From: Candidatus Babeliales bacterium
Lineage (GTDB): Bacteria; Babelota; Babeliae; Babelales; JANWKD01
Length of the DNA stretch: 64,000 bases
Direction: 5' to 3'
Assembly: GCA_963701665.1 (NCBI GenBank)
Contig: OY969622.1
Span: 896,001 to 960,000, forward strand
Part shown: positions 28,675-38,232 of the stretch, in pieces
Layout: every line of letters starts with the position of its first letter
Numbering within the stretch: position 1 is the first letter of the stretch
Position numbers and translations under genes: made by a program
Notes under the pieces: generated by a model
Seen by the model: only the letters and a program-made list of their open reading frames with translations
The model's database searches: none
What the model was told of the DNA's origin: nothing

Positions 28675-30422
28675 TTAAGCAAAAAAGGTATCGCTGACTT
28701 CTTCTCGGGTTCATTTTTTTTTGAAGCGCCATCGATCAACTTTTTTCTTTTTGTTGCTTCAATTGTCGTATTACCATTTGATGGCTCGGGTAACTTTCTC
28801 TTTAAAGGATCGAGGATTGGATTCTGTTTATCCTGTTCATCACCGCTCTTGTTAATTCTTACCCGACCATTTGATGTTTTTTCTTTCTCTGAATCTTCTC
28901 TGGTTAAATCTCTAGGCAACTCATCTGTGATCAAATCTATGACTTTGTTCTCAATATTCTCTCTACATTCTAATTGAAAAGCTTTTGCAAGCTCTGGGAA
29001 TCGAATAAAAAGAATTTGCATGCATTTCTCTCTTTCACTTTCATCATCCAATAAAGAGAAATGCTTACCAAAATAGTGCTTTAACCGCCCAAATTCAGCA
29101 GTACTTAACCATTGGTCTATTGGAATTTGTTTTATCTTGTCATACAAAGACTTTATTTCGAATGCCGAGCTGATAAACTCAGAAAAGTTACTACAACTAC
29201 TGAAAGTTCTCGCATACACTATATGACTGTTCATTATTTTAATCCATTCAAGAGTCCGTTGATGTTGTTCAATGCTATGCCGCGTCCTTAGCTTTGTATG
29301 CTTTAAACAATCCAGCAGTTTTTCTTCCATACTAGTAACTTTTTTTGTATCCTTTAAATCCTCTCCTATTTCCTGTCTCAGGTGTTTGAGTTTTTTTTGA
29401 ATAATAGTATCCCATATTTCTGCAGCAGCTTTATTTAGTTTGCCAGGATCTTCTTGGTCGTCTTTATATACGAGATTACATGTTGACGTCCACATATCTA
29501 AAACTTTATTCATTTCTTCTTCTCTGCCGCATCTGGAATAAAGAAATGCAAATGTATAATAATCATTGGCCAATTTTAATAATAATTCTTTTTTTTCTTC
29601 TCCAGAACGAATCATCTCTAATAATGTTTTTGCCGAATTATTATAGGATGTCCAAAGAAAATGAGTCGAAAGGGCAGATGGTATATTTCCTGTTGAAGCT
29701 ACAGTACCCTTTAATTTTATAAAGCTTTCATGCAATTGCATATTACAAGTAATAAAATGGATTGGATCTTCTATGTTCTTATATTTTTTCGAAGATTTAA
29801 TACTTCTACTCACATTTTTAAACCAGCCTATTTGAGCGGCAATTTTTTGCTTATCAACTGGCATCCATTTATTCTGTATAACATAATCTGCTTTTTCTTC
29901 TGCCTCTTTCAATTCATTCTTTTCTAACAAGGCGATTACATCGCGCCGAATTTCTCCTAAATTGTTATCTACAACTTTTTGCCAAAGATCTTCCGCGAGC
30001 GTTCGATAATTCATTGTTGTTGGAAATGCATAAAGATAGCATGAGACAAAATCCTCAAATATCTTTTTGGGTTCATCTACAAGTCCCTTTACCACCAATA
30101 AGCGAGACAATTGATAAAAATCACGGCTTAATTCTGATAAGTAACGTTCTTTTTTATAGTTAGAAGACGCTTCTAATAACTCTCTTATATCAACCAGATT
30201 GTTTATCCAAAAATATTCTTTTGAAATATCAAAATAATTTAAGATTTCTGGAGATTTTTCTATATCTAAGCTAGAAATATAGCCTATCAAACCATTTCTT
30301 CTTATTTGAATGTCCTGAAGCATCTCCTGGACAGAACGCGGAAAATTGGATACCAATTTCTGTTCCATAGCGTACAGGTTAAAAAAAATTAATAACAGGC
30401 AAACAGTATATATGTTTCTCAT
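28671..30422 (-). CDS. Secreted helical hypothetical protein with basic C-terminal clusters
   Basis: Signal peptide LYA-ME; about 580-aa ORF; C-terminal PLKRKLP and TKRKKL. Confidence 0.75.
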   Translation of the reverse strand: MRNIYTVCLLLIFFNLYAMEQKLVSNFPRSVQEMLQDIQIRRNGLIGYISSLDIEKSPEILNYFDISKEYFWINNLVDIRELLEASSNYKKERYLSELSRDFYQLSRLLVVKGLVDEPKKIFEDFVSCYLYAFPTTMNYRTLAEDLWQKVVDNNLGEIRRDVIALLEKNELKEAEEKADYVIQNKWMPVDKQKIAAQIGWFKNVSRSIKSSKKYKNIEDPIHFITCNMQLHESFIKLKGTVASTGNIPSALSTHFLWTSYNNSAKTLLEMIRSGEEKKELLLKLANDYYTFAFLYSRCGREEEMNKVLDMWTSTCNLVYKDDQEDPGKLNKAAAEIWDTIIQKKLKHLRQEIGEDLKDTKKVTSMEEKLLDCLKHTKLRTRHSIEQHQRTLEWIKIMNSHIVYARTFSSCSNFSEFISSAFEIKSLYDKIKQIPIDQWLSTAEFGRLKHYFGKHFSLLDDESEREKCMQILFIRFPELAKAFQLECRENIENKVIDLITDELPRDLTREDSEKEKTSNGRVRINKSGDEQDKQNPILDPLKRKLPEPSNGNTTIEATKRKKLIDGASKKNEPEKKSAIPFLLN

Positions 30423-30568
30423 AACTAACATTATTTCACGTATTAAAAATATTATTCAAAATTAATATGATAATCATTTATTATTATTTGATAATTCTTT
30501 AAAAAACTTGGCTTTGGTATCATTATGCACAATTTGAAAAAAAATTAAAAAACTTTAGACTTTTTACT

Positions 30569-31195
30569 ATGATTACTCATATTCCTAAGAGCTATATTGC
30601 ACAATTTTTACCTTCAAATCCTATTATCTTAGAAGCCGGAGCTCATATTGGCCGTGATACAATAAAAATGGCCAAAGAATGGCCCCATGCAACGATTCAT
30701 GCTTTTGAGCCTGTACCCCATCTTTTTGAAGAACTTAAAAAAAATACGACAACAGTATCTAATGTTCACTGCTATAATGTTGCCTTAAGTAATCAATCAG
30801 GATCTGCTACTTTTTATCAAAGTGGTGGGCGATCAACGGCAACAAGCTCGCTATTAGCTCCGAAAGAATATCTCAAAGAGCATCCTACAACGACTTTTGA
30901 AAAAATCATTGTCCCAACAATCACCCTTGATGACTGGGCAAAATGTAACAGAATTATCCAGGTCGATTTTATGTGGCTCGATATGCAGGGAGCAGAATTA
31001 TTGGCATTGCAAGCGGGCATTGATCTTTTAAAAACCGTAAAAGCAATTTATTGTGAAGTTAGCTTTCAGGAAAGATATGAAAATAATCCATTAGCACATA
31101 CCATCAAAGCATGGTTAGCACAGCAAGGATTCATGTCAATTAAAGAAGATATACAAAATAAACCTTGGGGCAATGTTCTTTTTATTAAATCGTAA
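30569..31195 (+). CDS. FkbM-family SAM-dependent methyltransferase
   Basis: ILEAGAHIG, IHAFEP, TLDDW, WLDMQGAEL motifs. Confidence 0.9.
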   Translation: MITHIPKSYIAQFLPSNPIILEAGAHIGRDTIKMAKEWPHATIHAFEPVPHLFEELKKNTTTVSNVHCYNVALSNQSGSATFYQSGGRSTATSSLLAPKEYLKEHPTTTFEKIIVPTITLDDWAKCNRIIQVDFMWLDMQGAELLALQAGIDLLKTVKAIYCEVSFQERYENNPLAHTIKAWLAQQGFMSIKEDIQNKPWGNVLFIKS

Positions 31196-31269
31196 AGTAT
31201 TACTATTGCACAGGATTTTTTTTTAGCGTACTATTTAGACAACACTACTTTCGCATCATAAGGATTTTC

Positions 31270-31557
31270 ATGTATTCAAAACTTATTTTTGCCGCTCTTA
31301 GCTGTTTGTTAATTGTTCAATCTAGTCATGCGATGCGCAAACGCCCAAAAGCAACTGATGATTCACAAGAAATTACAAACCCCATGCATAAACCAGTATT
31401 ACCTTCTCAGGAACTCATTGATTGCAAAACAGAAATGAAAAAAATCGATAAAGAGTGGTTTAAGCATATGACAAATATAGGGTGTCTAGATTGCTGTTGC
31501 TCTACACTATTCGGCACATTAATATATTTTAGCAATATTGATGGAGTTCCACAGTAA
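31270..31557 (+). CDS. Small secreted protein with a Cys-rich hydrophobic tail
   Basis: AGGA RBS; signal peptide SHA-MR; CLDCCCSTLFGTLIYF. Confidence 0.7.
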   Translation: MYSKLIFAALSCLLIVQSSHAMRKRPKATDDSQEITNPMHKPVLPSQELIDCKTEMKKIDKEWFKHMTNIGCLDCCCSTLFGTLIYFSNIDGVPQ

Positions 31558-31577
31558 ATTAAAACATAGGGACAATA

Positions 31578-31904
31578 ATGATTAAAAAATTTACTGCGAT
31601 TTTGCTTTTACTATTTTTTACCCATTCCGCTATGGGTATGAAAAAATCTAACATCAGAAAGCGTTCACCTTTACGTGTTACATTTGCCGAGGAAGAAAAT
31701 AATCAGACTAAAAACGCCACTCCAATTTTCTTTTCTGAACCAAAAAAGAAAATTGAAAACGGCCCGTGTCCGCCGCTTTTTTGCATTTTTTGTTCAAATT
31801 GTATGGTGGCAGGAGCTTGCTCTCTTGCCTTAGCAGCTGTTGTATATTTTGCTGATCCAGAGGCTGTATCTCAACCATATGAATATGTTAATAAAACCAC
31901 ATAA
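31578..31904 (+). CDS. Small secreted protein with a Cys-rich hydrophobic tail
   Basis: AGGGA RBS; signal peptide AMG-MK; CPPLFCIFCSNCMVAGACSLALAAVVYF. Confidence 0.7.
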   Translation: MIKKFTAILLLLFFTHSAMGMKKSNIRKRSPLRVTFAEEENNQTKNATPIFFSEPKKKIENGPCPPLFCIFCSNCMVAGACSLALAAVVYFADPEAVSQPYEYVNKTT

Positions 31905-31912
31905 TGCATCAT

Positions 31913-33832
31913 TTATTCCAACATCGAAAATGTAGTCACAATTTTTGCATGAGGATGCAAATTCGCACGACCATATAATTTTTTTGTTGGCATTTTGACG
32001 CCATATGCTGGCGAATACCAAGCATCTTCTAGGTGCCATTGAATAGCTGATGCAACTACAGAAAGATTTTTATCGCCATAGTTGAGAATGATATGATCAC
32101 CATCTATCATCGGTAGCATTGAAGGATGAAGCATGAAATGCCATTCCCATGTATATTCATCTGGCATACTACTTTCAAACCAATCAGAAATAACAACGCG
32201 CGTATCATTAACGGTGACACTACGGTGTGTCGTAACTCCGAGTGCTTTATAAAGCGCGTGAAATGTATAGAGTGTTTTCCCATCCTCACTCGTTTGCCAC
32301 GAATCACAAAACTGTTGTTCGGGGATAGATAACAAAAAAAGTCGCTCGTCAGGCATTATAGTAGGCTGATTATATAATTGGAATGTCGAGTGATATGAAG
32401 CATCGCGAAAACAATTGCGCCACACGAATGATGGCGTATAAAGATACGATCCTGGGTCAACAATGATCGGAATATTTTTATAAGCAACGGTAACACTTGC
32501 AACATCAGCATGAAAATGGCCGGAGGGTTGGCGTGCGTCATAGACATGATGCCGTAATGAAATATGCCAGTCATTATTTTTGAGAATGGAGATACCAAAA
32601 TTTTTATAATGAGTAATTTCTTCTCGCGCACTCGTTTCAATGTTGTTTTCAACAAACGCTCGCGTTACACCAAAAAAAAGAATTTTCCCTGAATCATTGT
32701 CGCCAATTTGAATTGTTTCATCGCTACCATGTGGTTTGCACGCATCGATGAAAGCAATCATTGCAGTAAGCCTTTTCTTGAATGTTTCAGGTACAATAAA
32801 ACCCATTTTATTTGCTAGCAATTCGGTATGAAAAAAAATTTCTGTCACCAACTGATGATATGATGTCGAACCTTCATAGTCAGTACCATCTTCTAACACT
32901 TGTTTTTCAAATTCATCTAAGAGTGTTTGATAACACCATACAGCCTTTTTTTGCACAATGTCATTATCAAAGAAAAAATAGCAAAGATACAAATACCCGA
33001 TCAAATCGGAAAGATAATGATTTGAGGTGCGAAAATCATACACTTCCCAATTGTGCTCTAAATAAAAAAAATGATCATACAAACTGCAGACATATGATTC
33101 CCAGGAGCTTGCAGGTAAAGCATTTTTAAAAAAGCTATATCCCCACACTAAATTTACTGCACGTATCCCAACATCCATAGGACATGCCCAATGAGAGCCG
33201 AGCAAAAAAGGATTTTTCGTATGCCAATCTAAAAATTGTCGCTCAAACGCGCGCGCATATGCTTGTCGAGGGAAATCTTGATACGCGTGTCCAAGCACAA
33301 AAAAATGTTGCAAACGAGCGAGTTCCCATGGAACTTTTATATCTTTCTTAAGGTCTGAAGTTGTTCCTGGGGTTATTACGAAATCTTTGTAATACAACTG
33401 CGGATCAAAATAAGAATCGGCATTTTCATCATATTCTGCCAAGCGTATATCATGATGCCACGGAATGTTCTCAAATTTTTTTTTCTCAGAACCAAGTATG
33501 CTGAACGAGTGTTCACAAAATTCTGACGCGCGCATCAAAACATCGTCTTGATCAAGACGAGGGCATACATCACGCGTGTCGAGTGCAACACGACGCGCGT
33601 TTTTTTCATGCCATGATGCGAATTTTTCATCGAGTGCGAACTGTTTTTGAACATCATGCCATGCGTGATTTGCTTGTTGCTTATTAGCTTTTGCGCGCCA
33701 ATACAAATCAAATCGTTTTTCTTGCCAACGATTATATACAATGGTGGCGCTTTTTTGTATTCCCAGCCCTGAAACTTTGCGTAAATAATGCTTTATTTTC
33801 CTGAGCTCCATACCATTTCTCTTTTTTTGCAA
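31913..33832 (-). CDS. Heparinase II/III-family protein
   Basis: DIKVPWELARLQHF, SNHYLSDLIG, DGTDYEGSTSYH, GHFHAD, IVDPGSYLYT motifs; true start possibly MELRK. Confidence 0.85.
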   Translation of the reverse strand: MQKKRNGMELRKIKHYLRKVSGLGIQKSATIVYNRWQEKRFDLYWRAKANKQQANHAWHDVQKQFALDEKFASWHEKNARRVALDTRDVCPRLDQDDVLMRASEFCEHSFSILGSEKKKFENIPWHHDIRLAEYDENADSYFDPQLYYKDFVITPGTTSDLKKDIKVPWELARLQHFFVLGHAYQDFPRQAYARAFERQFLDWHTKNPFLLGSHWACPMDVGIRAVNLVWGYSFFKNALPASSWESYVCSLYDHFFYLEHNWEVYDFRTSNHYLSDLIGYLYLCYFFFDNDIVQKKAVWCYQTLLDEFEKQVLEDGTDYEGSTSYHQLVTEIFFHTELLANKMGFIVPETFKKRLTAMIAFIDACKPHGSDETIQIGDNDSGKILFFGVTRAFVENNIETSAREEITHYKNFGISILKNNDWHISLRHHVYDARQPSGHFHADVASVTVAYKNIPIIVDPGSYLYTPSFVWRNCFRDASYHSTFQLYNQPTIMPDERLFLLSIPEQQFCDSWQTSEDGKTLYTFHALYKALGVTTHRSVTVNDTRVVISDWFESSMPDEYTWEWHFMLHPSMLPMIDGDHIILNYGDKNLSVVASAIQWHLEDAWYSPAYGVKMPTKKLYGRANLHPHAKIVTTFSMLE

Positions 33833-33835
33833 AAA

Positions 33836-35773
33836 TTATTTTAAGCGCGTTCCATTCGGCACAGGATGGCCAATGCCAACAAGTTGTAAAGCACCTTTGT
33901 CATCAATTGCCGTTAAAAGCATACCATGTGATTCTAAGCCCATCATTGCACGCGGTTTTAAATTGAATACAAAAACGCCCTGCTTTCCTATCAATTGTTC
34001 TTGGGTGAAAGATTGTTTTATGCCACTCAACACTTGTCGCGTACCTTCAGGACCAAAATTTACTTGCAAGCGATAGAGCTTATCAGATTTTGGTATTGGC
34101 TCGCACGCTTCGATAGTTCCCACCCGCAATTCAATTTTTGAAAAATGTTCAATATCAATCTCGTTGATTACATCTTTTATGTGTTCTTGTTGCATTGCAG
34201 ACTCACTTTTTTTAGTTTCGGGTTTTGCAAATAATGTTGGTATTTTTGTAAGAGAAAATGATTTTTTTTCAAAGGTGGTATCAAGTTCTTGAATATAGTT
34301 TTTAGTACCTAATTCGAGGGTGATGCCTAAACTTGCCAATAATGATTCCATGCTTTTTGGCATAACGGGAATAAGCACTACAGCAATACCATACAAACTA
34401 TGGCAGGTAGCTGCAAGAACTTCTTTGAATTTTTGTTCATCTGATTTTGCAAGCTTCCATGGCTCATGACTATGGAAATAGGCATTGGTCTGTGCAATAT
34501 ATTTCCATATCGATGCTAGGGCTAAATGGAACATAAATTCGCGCATATGATTTTTTACATCATGAACCATCACTCCAAAAGATTCACGCAACGTTGCAAC
34601 ATCTGCTGACCATGTCGCAGGAGTTTGTAATGACGTGATCTGGTGTTTCTCTGCTAATGCCGCCATGCGATTGAGCAAATTACCCAAATCATTTGCTAAA
34701 TCTGCCGTAATACGTTGCTCAAGATCTTCGATCGCAAAATTAGTGTCTTGTGTAATAGACATATGGCGTACTAAATAATAACGCACAGGTTCAGCACCAT
34801 ATGCCGCTAATAACTGTTCTGGATCAACTACATTGCCCAAAGATTTTGACATCTTTTGTTCCTGTACCTTAATCCACCCGTGCACTAATAACTGCTTAGG
34901 CACTGGTAAATCAGATGCCATTAAGAAAGCTGGCCAATAAATTGCATGAAATCGAATAATATCTTTGCCCAAAATTTGGACATCTGCAGGCCACCATGTC
35001 TCAAATTCTTTTTCTTTTCCTTTTTGTGCGTATCCTATTGCCGTAATATAATTATTCAAAGCATCAGCCCATACATAGGTAACGTGCTTATCATCACCAG
35101 GGAAAGGAATCCCCCACGTAATTGACGTACGCGAAATACTTAAATCGCGCAATCCTTCTTTGACAAAATTTATCACTTCATGCGCGCGTTCTCGCGGTAT
35201 GATAAAATCTGGGTGATTAGCATAAAATTGCAGCAACCGATCTTGATAAGCAGATAATTTGAAAAAATATGATTCTTCAGATAAATAGACTGTCTCGCGT
35301 GAACACGTTGGACACAACGGGCCTTTTTGACCAACATCTATTTTTTCATCGGGTTTTTCGGTTAAGAATGTTTCATCTGGTATGCAATACCATCCTTGAT
35401 ACCGAGCTTTATAAATATCGCCTTTTTGCATCAATTTTTGTAACCACGCTTGCACAGCTTTTTTATGGTTTTCATCGGTAGTGCGGATAAAGTATGTATA
35501 TGCTAATTCATAGTCATGCCATACTTTTTTATAAACATCGATAAAGCTATCTACAAACTCTTTGGGATTTTTGTGGGCTTTTTCTGCGGCTTGGGCAATT
35601 TTTTGGCCATGTTCATCGGTGCCTGTTAAAAAGAAGACTACATCTCCTTTAAGGCGATGCCAGCGAGCAAGTACATCTGCAAGTAACGTAGAGTATAGGG
35701 ACCCTAAATGTGGCTTAGCAGTCACATAATAAATAGGTGTCGTAACATAGAACTTTTTTTTAGATAAATTCAT
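33836..35773 (-). CDS. metG: Methionine--tRNA ligase with C-terminal tRNA-binding domain
   Basis: TTPIYY..KPHLG, GTDEHGQK, YVWADAL, GKDIIRFH, KMSKS. Confidence 0.98.
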   Translation of the reverse strand: MNLSKKKFYVTTPIYYVTAKPHLGSLYSTLLADVLARWHRLKGDVVFFLTGTDEHGQKIAQAAEKAHKNPKEFVDSFIDVYKKVWHDYELAYTYFIRTTDENHKKAVQAWLQKLMQKGDIYKARYQGWYCIPDETFLTEKPDEKIDVGQKGPLCPTCSRETVYLSEESYFFKLSAYQDRLLQFYANHPDFIIPRERAHEVINFVKEGLRDLSISRTSITWGIPFPGDDKHVTYVWADALNNYITAIGYAQKGKEKEFETWWPADVQILGKDIIRFHAIYWPAFLMASDLPVPKQLLVHGWIKVQEQKMSKSLGNVVDPEQLLAAYGAEPVRYYLVRHMSITQDTNFAIEDLEQRITADLANDLGNLLNRMAALAEKHQITSLQTPATWSADVATLRESFGVMVHDVKNHMREFMFHLALASIWKYIAQTNAYFHSHEPWKLAKSDEQKFKEVLAATCHSLYGIAVVLIPVMPKSMESLLASLGITLELGTKNYIQELDTTFEKKSFSLTKIPTLFAKPETKKSESAMQQEHIKDVINEIDIEHFSKIELRVGTIEACEPIPKSDKLYRLQVNFGPEGTRQVLSGIKQSFTQEQLIGKQGVFVFNLKPRAMMGLESHGMLLTAIDDKGALQLVGIGHPVPNGTRLK

Positions 35774-35851
35774 AATTTTCTACATATAAAGATTAGTCAG
35801 TTTTATTGTAAGGATAAAGCAAAAGTGCCCTTCATGCAAAATTCAAAAAAC

Positions 35852-35882
35852 AAAAAGCGGCATATCACTATGCCGCTTTTTT
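35852..35882 (-). terminator. Intrinsic terminator
   Basis: aaaaagcggcata-tcac-tatgccgctttttt. Confidence 0.85.
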
Positions 35883-35908
35883 GGGTAATTTAATCTTTTT
35901 TTGTTTTC

Positions 35909-36313
35909 TTAACGCGTATGCAATGCGCCATGCCCTACTTTATAAAGCTGGACATGTTCTATCAAATCAGGGAGTTCCTTTTCGATCCTTTCTAAGTATT
36001 CTATTTTTTGATTATCACTTAAATAATCAAAACAGGATAGTAATGCTCTTGAAAGTAACGCTTGCTTCCCCGTTTGAGATGCCGCATCAACTATAGCCGT
36101 AAGAAATAATTCAAAATCAGTATTGTCGACTTTGTATAAGCAACTCTGTAAAATAACTTCGTCTCCAGCTGATTGTTGAGGTTCTTCTTGCATGCTTCGC
36201 TGTTCTTGCAGGCCATTATCACTTTTTGTGCAATCATACTCTGCACAAAGCTGCATTGTGATCAAGGCGCTAACAAAAACAACAACTACGCGTTTCAAAA
36301 CTCTTTTTTTCAT
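35909..36313 (-). CDS. Secreted hypothetical protein
   Basis: AAAGGA RBS; signal peptide ending LCA. Confidence 0.7.
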   Translation of the reverse strand: MKKRVLKRVVVVFVSALITMQLCAEYDCTKSDNGLQEQRSMQEEPQQSAGDEVILQSCLYKVDNTDFELFLTAIVDAASQTGKQALLSRALLSCFDYLSDNQKIEYLERIEKELPDLIEHVQLYKVGHGALHTR

Positions 36314-36325
36314 GCATTCCTTTAT

Positions 36326-38170
36326 CTAAAAATAAATATCAGCACCGATATACCATGCCGATTGAACCGGTGCATTTTTGCCGGCTACAGCATGATTAAA
36401 GCCGCCCCAAATTTGCCATGAACATGCTTGATAGAATAATTCCCCTTTAATCGTATGCGCAACTTGTTTTGTTCGCATTTCTAATACACTTGCGTCCAAC
36501 GGCTCAACATTGCCTAAAAGGTCCGTTGCTGTAGTCACATTAACGAAATTAATCTCGTCTTGACGTTTCACATACGGTTGATACCCGATATTAACACCTA
36601 GCTCTGGACAAATACACGGAATCAAGAATGTAAGATCTAGGTCGCCAACAAAATAGTCCCAAGAAACTTTTGCCTTAATAGCAGGGCCAATGTTTTTAAC
36701 CGTAGCGCCCATAAATGATGCCGCGACCGTTTCATTTCTGCTCAATGCCCAATTATAGAATCCATCGAATTTCACCGCGAGCCAATCACATGGTTGCCAA
36801 CCTAAGAAACCACCAATTTTTACTTCATAATGCCCGTTGTTACCACGAGGCACTAACAATAATAAGTTTGGATAATTATCACGATGTGCCGTTGGGAATG
36901 AAGCACCGATGATTCCTTCAGCAAACCAATCGCCCCAACAACTACACAAATCACGATGCACATAAAGCTCTGCTAAGAAGTCGCCAGGCCCTGATGTTCT
37001 TTGTGTTTGGAAATTGATTTCAGTCACTGTCGCAAGAAACTCAATAACCGAAAATTCAGCTGCGTTAACTATAGCGTTGAATGCTGATTGAATTGCACGT
37101 GCAGGTTGAACAATATCAAATGTAGCAGGGTTATTTGGCGTGCTTGATGCTGCTGTTGGCACCACCCACAATGTTTGTTGCTCAGCAACATCAGTACTTA
37201 GCGGTACATAAAAACCGGGAACCATTGAAAATACTGCACGACCTCCTGTTGGCACGCCAGATCCATCGGCATTTAATGTTGGTAATCCCGCAACTGATGA
37301 TGCAAAAAAACCTGTAACATCTATTGGACAATCTGGTGTTTCACTCGTAGGATCGGTTAAACGCAATGCAAATGGCGACTTCGGGGATTGGCCCACTGGC
37401 ACCGACACAACTTGCACAGGCGCACCATTGAAAGTTGTGACATCAATCCCTGCCATAGTGATTTTACCACTTGTAGCTGGGTCGTTATAATTAACAAATT
37501 TAGTGGTACCATTAACCGCTATAGGAAGTTCAGATAGAAAATCAAGTCGATAGGCGAATGAATTTTGAATTAATGATTTTTGCTGCGCTGGATTTGTAAC
37601 CGTGTCATCATTACACACTAATTCATTTACGTTGCTCACAAACAACGTATCAATACTTGATTCTAAGGTACAGCATGAATCTAATTGTGTTTTTATGTCA
37701 CGATACGGAATTCTGAGACGCACTCCAACATGCCATTGACATTCACACCCAAAATGTTTTTCAACGTTTAAACCAAACCAGGCAACATTTTCAGTGTAAT
37801 CAAAATTAGGAGTAATTTGTATAACACTCGCAAGAGGAACTAGATTGCTTACACTACCCGGTGAAACAATATTTGCAATAGTAAAGGTATCTTGCCCAAA
37901 GAAAATTCCTGGAAGCAATTCTTTTTTTGTTGAGTCGCTGTTTGTGAATGCATTATTGGCATGTCTAAATTCACCAGCCATCCATGGATTTATATAATCA
38001 AACCACCAACATTGATTACATTCATTTTCATCAATAGGAGGCAAAAAGGGAAAATGGCTATATGCATAACCATATGATAACGGACTTGGTATGCGCCATT
38101 CACGCGCTGCCACTTGGCTCCATGCAAGTGCAGCACTTAATGCTGAAAATACCACAAAACGTTTATTCAT
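36326..38170 (-). CDS. Putative Cys-rich outer-membrane beta-barrel protein
   Basis: AAGGAG RBS; signal peptide; alternating hydrophobic strands; C-terminal WYIGADIYF (terminal Phe, beta-signal-like). Confidence 0.6.
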   Translation of the reverse strand: MNKRFVVFSALSAALAWSQVAAREWRIPSPLSYGYAYSHFPFLPPIDENECNQCWWFDYINPWMAGEFRHANNAFTNSDSTKKELLPGIFFGQDTFTIANIVSPGSVSNLVPLASVIQITPNFDYTENVAWFGLNVEKHFGCECQWHVGVRLRIPYRDIKTQLDSCCTLESSIDTLFVSNVNELVCNDDTVTNPAQQKSLIQNSFAYRLDFLSELPIAVNGTTKFVNYNDPATSGKITMAGIDVTTFNGAPVQVVSVPVGQSPKSPFALRLTDPTSETPDCPIDVTGFFASSVAGLPTLNADGSGVPTGGRAVFSMVPGFYVPLSTDVAEQQTLWVVPTAASSTPNNPATFDIVQPARAIQSAFNAIVNAAEFSVIEFLATVTEINFQTQRTSGPGDFLAELYVHRDLCSCWGDWFAEGIIGASFPTAHRDNYPNLLLLVPRGNNGHYEVKIGGFLGWQPCDWLAVKFDGFYNWALSRNETVAASFMGATVKNIGPAIKAKVSWDYFVGDLDLTFLIPCICPELGVNIGYQPYVKRQDEINFVNVTTATDLLGNVEPLDASVLEMRTKQVAHTIKGELFYQACSWQIWGGFNHAVAGKNAPVQSAWYIGADIYF

Positions 38171-38197
38171 AATTCTCCTTAAGGTTGTACTGTCAAT

Positions 38198-38223
38198 AAA
38201 AGGAGAGGGTAGAACCCTCTCCT
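38198..38223 (-). terminator. Intergenic hairpin / intrinsic terminator
   Basis: aggagagggt-aga-accctctcct followed on the minus strand by TTT. Confidence 0.7.
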
Positions 38224-38232
38224 AATTTTCAT

